A stretch of DNA of 64,000 nt from an uncultured delta proteobacterium (GCA_963847445.1 CAWJZV010000004.1:128001-192000); one strand, 5' to 3'. Positions 1-10,313 are shown, counted from the stretch's first letter. The notes: generated by a model from the letters alone, not told the origin. A program made the numbers and translations.

Positions 1-452
1 AGCCGGCGTTGGCCGAGGAATTTATCGAGGGGCGGGAGATCTATGTCAGCTTGCTCGGCAACCAGAAGCTGCGCGTCTTTCCCTTTCGCGAAGTGATTTT
101 CAGTGAAATCCCGGAGGGCCAGCCGCGATTTTCCACTTTCAAAGCCAAGTGGGACGACGCCTACCGCAAGCGCTGGGGCATTCAGAACGTCTTCGCCGAG
201 CCCTTCCCCAACGGCACCGACCAACGCATCGGCAACATCTGCAAAGCCGTCTATCGCGCCCTGCGCATCCGCGGCTACGGCCGCATCGACTTGCGGGTGA
301 CGCCGGCGGGGGAAATCGTCGTCCTCGAAGCCAACCCCAATCCCAACCTCGACCGCGCCGATGAGTTCGCCCAGTCGGCGATGAAAGCCGGCGTCAGTTA
401 CCCGCGGCTCGTGCAACGCATTATCAAACTTGCGTTGGCGTCACGACATTAG
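1..452 (+). CDS. D-alanine--D-alanine ligase-family ATP-grasp protein, C-terminal part (5' end outside window)
   Basis: EEFIEGRE, YGRIDLR and LEANPNP motifs typical of the Ddl-type ATP-grasp C-domain. Confidence 0.8.
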   Translation, partial: PALAEEFIEGREIYVSLLGNQKLRVFPFREVIFSEIPEGQPRFSTFKAKWDDAYRKRWGIQNVFAEPFPNGTDQRIGNICKAVYRALRIRGYGRIDLRVTPAGEIVVLEANPNPNLDRADEFAQSAMKAGVSYPRLVQRIIKLALASRH

Positions 453-458
453 TTCAGG

Positions 459-620
459 TCATTGCAACCATTCGTCGACTTTCCCCGCCATCACTTCGTC
501 GAGGATTTCCTTGCAGTCGGCAATCGCCTTATCGACGATGGGCGGCTCTTTGACATGGGGAATGCCTTGTTTTACCGCGCCATAGAGCGCTTGCACGATA
601 GTCTTTAAGTGTTCATCCAT
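459..620 (-). CDS. Small hypothetical protein, 53 aa (MDEHLKTIVQALYGAVKQGIPHVKEPPIVDKAIADCKEILDEVMAGKVDEWLQ)
   Basis: Read manually on the minus strand, ATG 620 to TGA 459; fills the gap downstream of the PaaA-like gene; too short for the ORF track. Confidence 0.55.
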   Translation of the reverse strand: MDEHLKTIVQALYGAVKQGIPHVKEPPIVDKAIADCKEILDEVMAGKVDEWLQ

Positions 621-664
621 TTGTCGAGATTAGCTACAGCTTGTGGCATGGCTTCCTCCAATCG

Positions 665-1381
665 CTAGATGTAACGGCGCCCTTTGTTGGGGTCGGGAAT
701 CTGCAAACCCATTTGCGTGAGAATCGGCCCGACCTCATTGATATAGTCCTCGCGCGCCTGCTGGTTGGTGCGGCGTTTCAAACCCCAGTGGCGATAGCGC
801 TCGGACTTCTTGGAATCTGCCCGGCCGAACATATCGAGCGCGCGCACATACCAGAAGTCGACGGCGCGCTGGGCTTTCGCCTTGCCGGCATCACCGGACT
901 GAATCAGCTCTAAAGTCTTATTGTAGCCGTACTCGATGTGGCCCAGTTCTTCGGTGACGATGTCGGGAAGAATCCGTTGCAGCGGCAAATAGCTGCAATC
1001 GTAAAACTCTTCCAACTGATAGCGCCCAACGCGATCGATGAGAAAGCCGAACACCGAGTTATCTTCCCAGGTGGTAATCGAACCGCGGAAGGTGTCGACG
1101 AAACGTTTTTCATTGGGCTGGCTCAAAACAAACGAAACGTCGACGCCAATATCGCCGGCGACCCGCGCGACCTTGCGATAATGATCGATCTCTTCCGCCG
1201 CGGTGCGCGCGACGATCAGCTGATCGAGCTTGGTCGGCGCCGCCGGCAACATCTTCTCGACATACAAATGCGGCCCGCCGATCTCGCAATCGGCTTGGAT
1301 GGTTAGCACATGGCCCAAGAGTTCTTTGTACTCAGGCTCCATTTTGTCGAAGTCTTTCAGTTCGATCTTGTCGGTAAACAT
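665..1381 (-). CDS. PaaA/PaaC/BoxB-family ferritin-like diiron protein (acyl-CoA epoxidase subunit-like)
   Basis: QADCE, AAEEIDH, DRVG and EELGH diiron ligand pattern; C-terminal RALDMFG and WGLKRRTN resemble PaaA; GGGAGGG RBS before ATG 1381. Confidence 0.8.
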   Translation of the reverse strand: MFTDKIELKDFDKMEPEYKELLGHVLTIQADCEIGGPHLYVEKMLPAAPTKLDQLIVARTAAEEIDHYRKVARVAGDIGVDVSFVLSQPNEKRFVDTFRGSITTWEDNSVFGFLIDRVGRYQLEEFYDCSYLPLQRILPDIVTEELGHIEYGYNKTLELIQSGDAGKAKAQRAVDFWYVRALDMFGRADSKKSERYRHWGLKRRTNQQAREDYINEVGPILTQMGLQIPDPNKGRRYI

Positions 1382-1444
1382 TTTTCCCCTCCCGCGAATT
1401 TCAAAATCCAATTCCAGACTCATCAGAACGTCGAGAGGAGATTC

Positions 1445-1460
1445 AGCAAGAGGAGTGCCA
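1445..1460 (-). promoter_or_regulatory. Sigma54 (-24/-12) promoter of the PaaA-like gene
   Basis: Minus strand TGGCAC-TCCTC-TTGCT, matching TGGCAC-N5-TTGCW with GG-N10-GC spacing. Confidence 0.75.
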
Positions 1461-1622
1461 GCGCTGAAGCTGGTTTTTCAGGGGGAAGATCGCCCAAATG
1501 TGCCAATTTCATTCTCAATTTTCGGAGAAATGAGGTTTCGCTTTCGCACAATTCAGAAATTCCGCTCGGGTTGGCAGCAGGGATGCGGGAACAAATAATC
1601 ATGCCGGCTGGCATTCAGGCCG

Positions 1623-1659
1623 AAAAAAAGGGCGGCCGTTGCTCACGGCCGCCCTTTTT
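1623..1659 (-). terminator. Intrinsic terminator after ubiD (potentially bidirectional)
   Basis: A7-GGGCGGCCGT-tgctc-ACGGCCGCCC-T5, perfect 10-bp stem. Confidence 0.85.
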
Positions 1660-1681
1660 CCATTGCACTTGAAGATTCGAC

Positions 1682-3172
1682 TTATCCTTCGATAAGCTTC
1701 TTGTACTTGTTGTAGATCTTCTCGCGCAGTTCGGGTGACGACTCGGCCACCGGCGGGAAGTCTTTGAGCCACTCGAAGGGACGGCAGGCATCGATCACGG
1801 CGCGGGAGTTGAAGCCCTTCTTCGACGGATGGATGCGCGGATCGAGGGGGCCGCTCCAGCAGCGGCGCAGGATCTCGATGGACTCCACCGGATCGGACCG
1901 ACTGGCCAAGGCCCAGAGCACGTCGAAGGTGTTGGTCGGATCGATATCCTCATCGACGACGATGACGTAGCGGCCGAGATACGCGCCGGCATGAACCTGC
2001 GAAGCGACCAACATGGCTTGACGGGCATGACCGGGATAGCGCTGTTTGATCGAAATGATGTTCAACAAGCGGCCGCCGCCAGCCTCGTGACACCACACGC
2101 CGCGCACATCGGGGACGCCGGCTTTTTCCACCTGTTCCCAGATCAACGACGCCTTCACCATGCACTTGGCGATGGAATAATCCGACGGCGGACGGCCGGG
2201 CCGGGCGCAGCACAGGATCGGGTCGTTGCGATAATAAATATTTTCAACTCGAATGACCGGCTCCGGGCGGCTGGAGCTGGCATAGTAACCGGTCCATTCG
2301 CCGAACGGACCTTCGGTCTTGCGGTCGGTGGGGTCCATCCAACCTTCGATGACGATTTCCGCGTTGGCGGCAAACGGCAATCCGGTGGAACGGCCTTCAA
2401 TGACTTCGATGGGCGCGCCTTTGAGGCCGCCGGCGTAATCGAACTCGCCAACGCCGTAATCGATTTCGTTACCAGAGACCATGAACAACACCGGATCTTG
2501 GCCGACGGAGACAACGACCGGGCAGGGCTTGCCGCGCTCGAAATATTTGTTGCGTTGAATGCTGCCATGCTTGCCGGGCGAGATGTACAAGCCCATGCTG
2601 TTCTTGTCATGGACCATGCCTCGGTATGCGCCGAAGTTGACCCAACCTTCGTCGGGGTCGCGGGTCGTGACCAAACAAGCGGTACCGATGAAACGGCCGC
2701 CGTCGAGCTCATGCATGAACGGCACGGGAAACTTGAGCAGGTCGACCTTGTCGCCGGAATCGACGTTTTCTAGAATCGGCCCTTTGGTGACGACCTTATG
2801 TTTGATCGGTTCGAGATTGACTAATTTCTGGCGGAAGGCGCGCACCAAATCCAAATTGGACAAGCTCATGTCCAAGCCCAAGTTGAGCGCCATTCTCTTG
2901 AATGATGCATTCTGGGCAAACAGGGTGCGGAAACCTTTGGGGTAGCCGGGAACGTTATCGAAAAGCACCGCCGGCGTGGGACCGTCCTTGGACTCGTGAG
3001 CAAAGATCTCGGCGAGCGTGCCCATTTCGAGATTCCAATCGACGCCGTCGACTTTTTTCAGTTCGCCCATGCTGTCGACGATTTCCAACCAATCGCGCAG
3101 ATCGTTGTACTTTGGGGTCTTCCCTGCCTTCATATCGTCTTCGGCTAATTTTCTAGCCTCTAGTGCTGTCAT
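1682..3172 (-). CDS. UbiD-family (prFMN-dependent) decarboxylase
   Basis: DLRDWL N-terminus, NFGAYR, EGPFGEWTGYY, VIVVDEDIDP, IDACRP motifs; 496 aa intact. Confidence 0.92.
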   Translation of the reverse strand: MTALEARKLAEDDMKAGKTPKYNDLRDWLEIVDSMGELKKVDGVDWNLEMGTLAEIFAHESKDGPTPAVLFDNVPGYPKGFRTLFAQNASFKRMALNLGLDMSLSNLDLVRAFRQKLVNLEPIKHKVVTKGPILENVDSGDKVDLLKFPVPFMHELDGGRFIGTACLVTTRDPDEGWVNFGAYRGMVHDKNSMGLYISPGKHGSIQRNKYFERGKPCPVVVSVGQDPVLFMVSGNEIDYGVGEFDYAGGLKGAPIEVIEGRSTGLPFAANAEIVIEGWMDPTDRKTEGPFGEWTGYYASSSRPEPVIRVENIYYRNDPILCCARPGRPPSDYSIAKCMVKASLIWEQVEKAGVPDVRGVWCHEAGGGRLLNIISIKQRYPGHARQAMLVASQVHAGAYLGRYVIVVDEDIDPTNTFDVLWALASRSDPVESIEILRRCWSGPLDPRIHPSKKGFNSRAVIDACRPFEWLKDFPPVAESSPELREKIYNKYKKLIEG

Positions 3173-3213
3173 TTAATTATCTCTCCTTTCAAATTCCGTG
3201 TTTGCGGGGCATT

Positions 3214-4362
3214 CTAGTCCCCCAACATCGATTCATCAACACCCTCTCTATCATCGGCCGGCAAACCGTTGCAGCTGGCCGGATCGAGATGGAGGTAAAC
3301 AGTGTCGCCAACGTTCACGGCGTTAAAAGGATGGGTATGCACCGCCACTAAATCATCGCCGACAGCGACCTTGCACTGATAAGAATCGCCCATGAAGATC
3401 GCCTCTCTGATGATACCGTCAACGACGTTCTCCAATCCCTGCGGCTTATCCTTATACAGCGGGATATTTTCCGGGCGGATCGAGATCACCGCGGCTTGGT
3501 CCTTCTTCAGTCCGGGCGCGGGAATGAAACTTAAAATACCCTTCTTGGTCTGCATCTTGCCCGGCCGGGAGTCGCCGTCGACTTCCAGCACCTTGCCATT
3601 GATCAAGTTAGTCAGGCCCAGAAACGTCGCGGTAAAGCGCCGCTTGGGCCTGGTATAGAGCTGATGCGGAGCTCCCACTTCGATCAGCACGCCGCCATGC
3701 ATGACGGCGATCTGGTCCGAGATCGCCAGCGCTTCGGCTTGATCGTGGGTGACAAAAATCGTCGTGATGTTGGTGCGGCGCTGTAGCGCTTTGATCTCGG
3801 AACGCATCTGCACACGCAACTTGGCGTCCAGGTTACTCAAGGGCTCGTCCAGGAGCATGACCTTGGGCTCGTTGATCAGGGCGCGGGCGAAGGCGACACG
3901 CTGTTGCTGACCGCCGGAGAGCTTCGGCGCCGGGCGATCTTCCAAGCCATCCAGGCCGACGATCTTCAAAACTTCACCCACCCGCTTTTTGATCTCGTCC
4001 TTAGATTTACGTTGAATGGTCAACGGATAAGCGACATTTTCTGCCACGGTCATATGCGGCCAGATGGCGTATGACTGGAACACCATGCCGATGGGCCGCT
4101 TGTTGGTCGGCACGTAGACGCGCTCGCCGGAGGCGTAGACGGTCTGGCCGCCGATGCTGATCTTGCCGCCGTCCGGCCTCTCCAGACCTGCGACACAGCG
4201 CAAGGTCGTGGTCTTGCCGCAGCCGCTGGGGCCCAGGAAGGTATAGAGTGATCCTTCCGGTATATTGAGCGACACGCCTTTGAGGACATGCACCCGCTCT
4301 TTATCTTCGCCGAAGTACTTCTCCAGCGATTCGATCTGCACCATGTCTCTTGCTTCAGCCAT
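3214..4362 (-). CDS. ABC transporter ATP-binding protein (FbpC/PotA type, TOBE domain)
   Basis: [32 protein letters not shown]. Confidence 0.92.
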   Translation of the reverse strand: MAEARDMVQIESLEKYFGEDKERVHVLKGVSLNIPEGSLYTFLGPSGCGKTTTLRCVAGLERPDGGKISIGGQTVYASGERVYVPTNKRPIGMVFQSYAIWPHMTVAENVAYPLTIQRKSKDEIKKRVGEVLKIVGLDGLEDRPAPKLSGGQQQRVAFARALINEPKVMLLDEPLSNLDAKLRVQMRSEIKALQRRTNITTIFVTHDQAEALAISDQIAVMHGGVLIEVGAPHQLYTRPKRRFTATFLGLTNLINGKVLEVDGDSRPGKMQTKKGILSFIPAPGLKKDQAAVISIRPENIPLYKDKPQGLENVVDGIIREAIFMGDSYQCKVAVGDDLVAVHTHPFNAVNVGDTVYLHLDPASCNGLPADDREGVDESMLGD

Positions 4363-4429
4363 ATGATTATTCTCCCTTGGTTCCCGCAGCCGCAGGTGCC
4401 GGGAACTGTCAGTGCATTAAGTCGGCAAA

Positions 4430-6125
4430 TTATTCGGCGATACCCACCTTAGCGCCCAATTTTCGCGCCACCATGGCCATGGAAACCAGCAATAAGACCA
4501 TTAACACACCCAGCGCGCAGACGTAGGTATACTGGCCGCCTTCCCATAAATCGAACGCCATGATCGACAACACCGTGCTGTTATAGGAATAGAGCAAGAT
4601 CGAGGTCGACAACTCGCGCAGGGCGATGATGCTGATGTAAATCCAGCCGGCGGTGAAGCCCGGCATCAGCAGCGGCAAAATGATTTTGCGAAAGGTTTGA
4701 AACCAAGTGCCGCCGGCGGTAAAGGACGCTTCCTCAAGTTCCTTGTTGATCTGGATCATCGACGCCGATGCGGCGCGAATGCCATAGGGAATATACTTGG
4801 TCATGTAGGCCAGGAGCAAAACCCAAATCGTGCCATAGATTGGGATCGGTAAGGTAAGATAGACCCAGATCAGACTAACGCCAAGCACGATTCCGGGCAT
4901 GGCGATCGGGATGAAGCGTCATGGTGTCGAGAAACGCCCGGCCCGGCAACTTAGTCTTGACGGTAATCCAAGCGATCACCGAGGTGAGCAACATCACCAA
5001 CGTGGCGGTTCCGACAGAGAGATAAAAGCTATTTTTAAAGGCCGTCGCCGCCAACGGATAGTTGAGAATATACTGATAATTGCCCCAGGTCATTTTCCCC
5101 GCCAGCTCCCAGGACGGCACGCCGTAATAAGGAATAAACGACGACCAGAGCAGGACGAAGATTGGCAGGATCACCGCCAGAAAGAAAACCAGAAACGAGA
5201 TGCCGAGGGTGAGCCACTTCCAATGACCGAGATCGATCACCCGCGGCCGGTAGCCTTTGCCGGTTACCGTCGCATAGCGCTCTTCCCTGCGGGTGATCTT
5301 GCCATAGATCAATACCCCGATGGTGCTGATCGCCAACAACGTCACCGCGTAGGCGCCGGCCAGGCCGAAGTCCGAGGGAAACTGGTGGATGGCGAGAAAA
5401 ATTTTGGTGGTAAAAACCGAAATCTTCGCCGGCACGCCGATCAACGCCGGCACTTCAAAGGCCTCGATGCCGCGTATGAAGTTGATCAAGAGCACGCTCA
5501 CCATCGCCGGCCGCATGAGCGGCAGCGTCACCGTGCGAAAGGTTTGAAAGGTGCTCGACCCGGCGGTCAACGCCGCCTCTTCCAGCGAGGTGTCCATGTT
5601 GCGGAACGCCGCCGACATCAAGAGAAAAACCAGCGGGTAGAGATGAATCGACTCGGCCCAGATCATCCCCCACATCGAATAGACGTTGAACGGCGCCGCC
5701 TCCAGCCCCAACGCCTCCTTGATGACGATGTTGATCAGGCCGATCTTCGGACTCAATAACAGGATCCACGAAATCGTGCTCAAGATCCCGGGGATGATAA
5801 AGGGGATCAAAGACATGACCATGAAGAGTTTTTTGAACGGTGTATTGGTGCGCTCGCTCACCCAAGCGAGAAAGGTACCGATCAAGAACGTCAGCGTGCA
5901 GGTGCCAATGGCGTAATAAACGGAGTTGAGCAACAGGAGATAGAATTCCTTGTCGACATAGGCCTTGACGTAATTGGCGATAGTGAAATGAGCGCCGGGC
6001 TCGCCGATGGGAGCGCTTCTGATGCTGCCGTAAAGCAACATCAGAAGCGGAATCCCGGCAAGATATAAGACGAAAAGGGTACAGCCTACGAGGATGAGAG
6101 ACTGGGAATTAAAACGATTCCCCAT
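4430..6125 (-). CDS. ABC transporter permease (FbpB type, two TM domains); frameshift near 4915
   Basis: Two EAA loops (SLEEAA, ELEEAS); ORFs 4875-6125 and 4430-4900 join. Confidence 0.88.
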
Positions 6126-6160
6126 ATGGAAGCCGATCTAGAACTCGAGACCATTAGTCA

Positions 6161-6976
6161 TTAATTATTGATGTTTGTAACGACCTGATCGGCGAGCATG
6201 GTCTTTTTGACTTCTTCTTCGATCAGAGTCCATAGCTCGTCTTCATACTTTAGGAACTGCGGATCGCGCTTGATCGACAAATCGCGCGGCCGCGGCAGAT
6301 TAATCGGGATCATTTTCTTGACCCGTCCAGGGCGCGAGCCGAAAACGATCACCCGATCCGCGAGAAAGATCGCCTCATTGATCTGATGGGTAATGAAGAG
6401 CACGGTCTTGCCGGACTCTCTCCAGATGCGCAGGAGCTCAGCCTGCATGATTTCGCGGGTCTGCGCGTCCAGGGCGGCAAAGGGCTCGTCCATGATGAGG
6501 ATCTTCGGGTCGACTGTGAGCGCCCGCGCGAGATTGCAGCGTTGCTGCATACCGCCGGACAGTTCGTGAGGATAGTGTTCCTCAAACCCCTGCAACCCGA
6601 CCAGCTTGATAAAGCCCATGGCTCGCTCGATTCCCTCCGCATTATCCAAGCCCTGGCACTCAAGGCCGAAAATGACGTTCTTCAACACCGTACGCCACGG
6701 CATCAAGCAAGAGTCTTGGAACACCATGCCGCGGTCGATGCCGGGGCCAGTCACCATTTTGCCGTCGATCGTAATATGCCCTGCCGTCGGCTTGAGCAGC
6801 CCATCGCACAGATTGATGAAGGTGGTTTTACCGCAACCGCTGGGTCCAACGATGGTAACGAATTCACCGTCGTTGACTTCGAGGTTGATCTGGTCCAAGG
6901 CCAAGAGCCTGCCACCAGTTCTCGGCTGATAATACTCATGTCGTAGTCCGACTGCCTGTAGTTTTGTCTGTGCCAC
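6161..6976 (-). CDS. ABC transporter ATP-binding protein (TauB/SsuB/NrtD type)
   Basis: [36 protein letters not shown]...LPRPR. Confidence 0.92.
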   Translation of the reverse strand: MAQTKLQAVGLRHEYYQPRTGGRLLALDQINLEVNDGEFVTIVGPSGCGKTTFINLCDGLLKPTAGHITIDGKMVTGPGIDRGMVFQDSCLMPWRTVLKNVIFGLECQGLDNAEGIERAMGFIKLVGLQGFEEHYPHELSGGMQQRCNLARALTVDPKILIMDEPFAALDAQTREIMQAELLRIWRESGKTVLFITHQINEAIFLADRVIVFGSRPGRVKKMIPINLPRPRDLSIKRDPQFLKYEDELWTLIEEEVKKTMLADQVVTNINN

Positions 6977-7109
6977 AATGCCTCCTAAAATAAATTGGCG
7001 TTTTGCCGCAGTTTTACTGGTTGAAAGTCACCCGCAAGCGGGTTCGCCGCTTGGGTCGCATGACTCATTATCATTTTCCACCGTTTATTCAAGCAAAAAG
7101 ATCGCTTCG

Positions 7110-7165
7110 TTGACAAGCCAAAGCGGATCGGATAATTTTCGCTCCTGCATAAACTAATTTATGCA
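7110..7165 (+). promoter_or_regulatory. Sigma70-like promoter with downstream palindromic operator for gntR
   Basis: TTGACA(7110)-N17-TAATTT(7133), followed by perfect inverted repeat TGCATAAA-ctaa-TTTATGCA (7146-7165). Confidence 0.65.
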
Positions 7166-7176
7166 AAATTTTTCCG

Positions 7177-7896
7177 ATGACTTTTCCACTCAAAAAATCT
7201 AAAACCAGAGCGCCCGCCGTCGAAAACCTCTCAGCCCGCGTTTACCACCAAGTTAAACAATTGATCCTGTGCAATGAAATCATGCCCGGACAGAAGCTGC
7301 ATCATCAACAACTCAGCGAACGTCTCGGCGTCAGTCGCACTCCGGTGCGCGAAGCACTAACCCGACTCGGGCAGGAAGGATACGTTTCCTTTCTGCCGAA
7401 CCGGGGTTTTACCTGCAAAGAAATTAGAATACAAGAGGCGGAAGAGCTCTACGATCTGCGCGAATCCCTCGAGGCGTTCGCCGTCGAAAAGGCCGTCGAG
7501 AAACTAACCGACTCCGCGCTCGAAGAGTTGCGCCAACGGCTAGAATTCTACGGCCACGACGTGCAAAACCGCTTCACCCGGGAGCGGCTGGTGTACGACC
7601 AGGACGTCCATCTCCATATTGCCCAAATCGCCGGCAACGAGACCCTGAAAAACACCTTGAGCCATGTCTTCGAGCGCATCGTCCTCAAGCGCCGCACCGA
7701 CGGCATTTACGACCCGGCGCGCGGACTCACCGCCCATCAAGAACATACCGAGCTACTCGAAGCGATGGCGCGGCGCGACGCCGCCGCCGCCATCGCCATC
7801 GTGCGTAACCATATCCAAGCCGGCAAAAAAAATGTCATTGCCGACCTGCGGCAGCGCCAAGCGATCCGCGAGCTGCGGCCCGCGGAATTAATCTAG
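7177..7896 (+). CDS. GntR-family transcriptional regulator (FCD domain)
   Basis: HTH LSERLGVSRTPVREAL; FCD motifs D-x-x-x-H, GNETL, HQEH. Confidence 0.92.
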   Translation: MTFPLKKSKTRAPAVENLSARVYHQVKQLILCNEIMPGQKLHHQQLSERLGVSRTPVREALTRLGQEGYVSFLPNRGFTCKEIRIQEAEELYDLRESLEAFAVEKAVEKLTDSALEELRQRLEFYGHDVQNRFTRERLVYDQDVHLHIAQIAGNETLKNTLSHVFERIVLKRRTDGIYDPARGLTAHQEHTELLEAMARRDAAAAIAIVRNHIQAGKKNVIADLRQRQAIRELRPAELI

Positions 7897-7928
7897 GACC
7901 GGAAAACCAACAGAAGAAAGGGAGAATT

Positions 7929-9299
7929 ATGGCAGCAGATCTAGTCATCAAAGGCGGTTGGGTGGTGACACCCGACGCAACATTTAAAGGCGGCGTGGCG
8001 ATCAGCAACCAAGTGATCGTCGCCATCGGCGACGATGCCTCACTGCCCGAAGGCAAAGAGGTCATCGACGTCAAAGGCAAACATATCTTGCCCGGCCTAT
8101 TCGACGGCCATGTCCATTTCCGCGAACCGGGCATGACTCACAAAGAGGATTTCAACACCGGCTCCACCGCGGCGGTCTGCGGCGGCATCACCACCGTCGT
8201 CGATATGCCGAACACCGTGCCGCCCACTGCCGACGCCGAACAAGTCAAAATCAAGAAGGAACTGGGCGAAGCCAAATCGCTAGTCGACTTCGGCATCACC
8301 GGCGTCGTCGTCCAGACCAACACCAAAGACATTCTGCCCATGGCCGCCGCCGGCGTCATCGGTTACAAGATCTTCTTCGGCGAGACCATCGGCAACCTGC
8401 CCTTCCCCGATGACGGCATGTGCGTCGAAGCGTTCGATTACATCGCCCAGTCGAAGTTGCCCTTGGGCATCCACGCCGAGAACCGCCAGATCATGGCCTA
8501 TAACACCAACAAGCTGAAGACCGAAGGCAAGAACGAAGCGCGCTACTGGGAAGCCTCCCGGCCGGATATCTGCGAAGCGGAATCCGTGCATCACGCGATC
8601 TTCTTCGCCGAGACCTTTGGCACCAAGCTGCATGTTTTTCATATGAGCTCGAAGCAAGCGGCTTACATGGTGCGCGACGCCAAGGCGCGCGGCATGAGAA
8701 TCACCGCGGAAACCGGCCCGCATTACTTGCTGCGCGAGCCCAATGACATGGACAATGTCGGTTCGTTGTTGAAGATGAATCCGCCGGTCCGGACTAAAGA
8801 TCACGCCGAAGTGCTCTGGCAGGGACTGCGCGAAGGCTTCGTCGACACTCTGGCCACCGACCACTCGCCGCATACTTTGGAGGAGAAGGGCTCGGACATC
8901 TACGGCAAACTCACCAAGCCGGCGATCTGGGACTGCATCTCGGGCTTCTGCGGCGTCGAGACCGGCGTGCCGCTGATCTTGACCGAAGTAAACAAAGGCC
9001 GCTTGACCTTGAATCAGTATGTCAAAGTGGCCTCTGAGAACCCCGCCAAAGTTTGGCAGGTCTATCCGAAGAAAGGCGCCATCCGCTTGGGCTCCGACGG
9101 CGACATCACCGTCGTCGACATGGACAAGGAAGGCACCATCGACGTCAACAAGCTGCATAGCAAGAACAAACCTTCGCCTTGGCATGGCTGGAAAGTCAAA
9201 GGCATGCCGGTGCTCACGGTCGTGCGCGGCCACGTGCAAATGAGAGACGGCGAGCCTTGCGGCAAAGCGATCGGCAAAGCACTCAAGCCGATCATCTGA
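7929..9299 (+). CDS. Allantoinase/dihydroorotase-family cyclic amidohydrolase
   Basis: DGHVHFREPG, DMPNT, YKIF (carbamylated Lys), IHAEN, FHMS, KMNPP, TDHSPH. Confidence 0.85.
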   Translation: MAADLVIKGGWVVTPDATFKGGVAISNQVIVAIGDDASLPEGKEVIDVKGKHILPGLFDGHVHFREPGMTHKEDFNTGSTAAVCGGITTVVDMPNTVPPTADAEQVKIKKELGEAKSLVDFGITGVVVQTNTKDILPMAAAGVIGYKIFFGETIGNLPFPDDGMCVEAFDYIAQSKLPLGIHAENRQIMAYNTNKLKTEGKNEARYWEASRPDICEAESVHHAIFFAETFGTKLHVFHMSSKQAAYMVRDAKARGMRITAETGPHYLLREPNDMDNVGSLLKMNPPVRTKDHAEVLWQGLREGFVDTLATDHSPHTLEEKGSDIYGKLTKPAIWDCISGFCGVETGVPLILTEVNKGRLTLNQYVKVASENPAKVWQVYPKKGAIRLGSDGDITVVDMDKEGTIDVNKLHSKNKPSPWHGWKVKGMPVLTVVRGHVQMRDGEPCGKAIGKALKPII

Positions 9300-9307
9300 A
9301 AACTGAT

Positions 9308-9378
9308 AGAGACATGGAGACAGAGATAGAGACCGGACCTCAGTTAGGGGGGCGGTCTCTGTCTCACGTCTCTGTCTC
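9308..9378. repeat. Inverted repeat built from GAGACA-type hexamers
   Basis: AGAGACATGGAGACAGAGATAGAGACCG ... CGGTCTCTGTCTCACGTCTCTGTCTC. Confidence 0.7.
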
Positions 9379-9401
9379 AATTCTGTTGAGGATTCAAATC
9401 C

Positions 9402-10313
9402 ATGAAACGCACCGAAGCATTCGATTTCTACCAGCCGGCGACGCTCCAAGAAGCCAGCCGGCTGCTCAAAGACAACGGGCCCGGCGGACGCTTTCTCGCC
9501 GGCGGCACCGATTTGGTTATCGCCATGAAAGAGAAAGGGCTGCTGCCTAAATACATCGTCGACTTGAAGCGCGTGCCCGGCCTCGCCGGCATCCGCGAAA
9601 ATAGCGACGGCAGTATCACCCTCGGCGCGTTGACGACCCTGTACACCATCGAGACCTCGGCACTGATCAAGCGAAAGTATCCGTTTCTCGCCCAAAGCGC
9701 GGCGGAAGTCGGCTCGATTCAAATTCGCAACCGCGCCACCATCGGCGGCAACATGGCCAACGCCTCGCCGTCCGCCGATACTTCGCCGGCGTTGATCGCG
9801 CTTAACGCGACCTGCAAAATTGCCAGCGCCAGCGGCGAAAGAACAATCAAAATGGACGAATTTTTCAAAGGCCCCGGCCAGAGCGTGATGAACGCGGATG
9901 AAATCTTGACAGAAGTCACGATTCCCAAAACCGCCGCCAATCTGGTCGGCGAGTATATAAAATTTTCACCGCGCGAAATGATGGACTTGGCCTACGTCGG
10001 CGTCGCCGTGGCATACAATCTCGGCGCCAGTGACAAAAAATGCACCGGTGTGCGCATTGTCCTCGGCGCCGTGGCACCGACACCGATCCGCGCCAAGCGC
10101 GCCGAAGCGGCGCTCGAAGGCCAGATTCTCAGCGCAGCCCTGGCGGAGAACGCCGGCCAGATCGCCGCCGAAGAGGCCAAACCGATCAGCGATGTGCGCT
10201 CATCGGCGGACTATCGCCGCGCCATGGTCGGCACCATGACCAAACGCGCCCTGCTCAACGCCGCCGCCGGCCCGGCGAAATCCTGGTACGACCGGCGCGA
10301 TCGAAGATATTAG
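9402..10313 (+). CDS. Xanthine dehydrogenase-family FAD-binding subunit (CoxM/CutM-like)
   Basis: AGGTDL, QIRNRATIGGN, PISDVRSSADYRR. Confidence 0.92.
   Translation: MKRTEAFDFYQPATLQEASRLLKDNGPGGRFLAGGTDLVIAMKEKGLLPKYIVDLKRVPGLAGIRENSDGSITLGALTTLYTIETSALIKRKYPFLAQSAAEVGSIQIRNRATIGGNMANASPSADTSPALIALNATCKIASASGERTIKMDEFFKGPGQSVMNADEILTEVTIPKTAANLVGEYIKFSPREMMDLAYVGVAVAYNLGASDKKCTGVRIVLGAVAPTPIRAKRAEAALEGQILSAALAENAGQIAAEEAKPISDVRSSADYRRAMVGTMTKRALLNAAAGPAKSWYDRRDRRY

Noticed and set aside
8280-9722. Long antisense ORFs (also 1829-2773, 14878-15843, 32193-33761, 55983-56969)
   Set aside because: Shadow frames opposite well-supported genes in GC-rich DNA, with no recognisable motifs.
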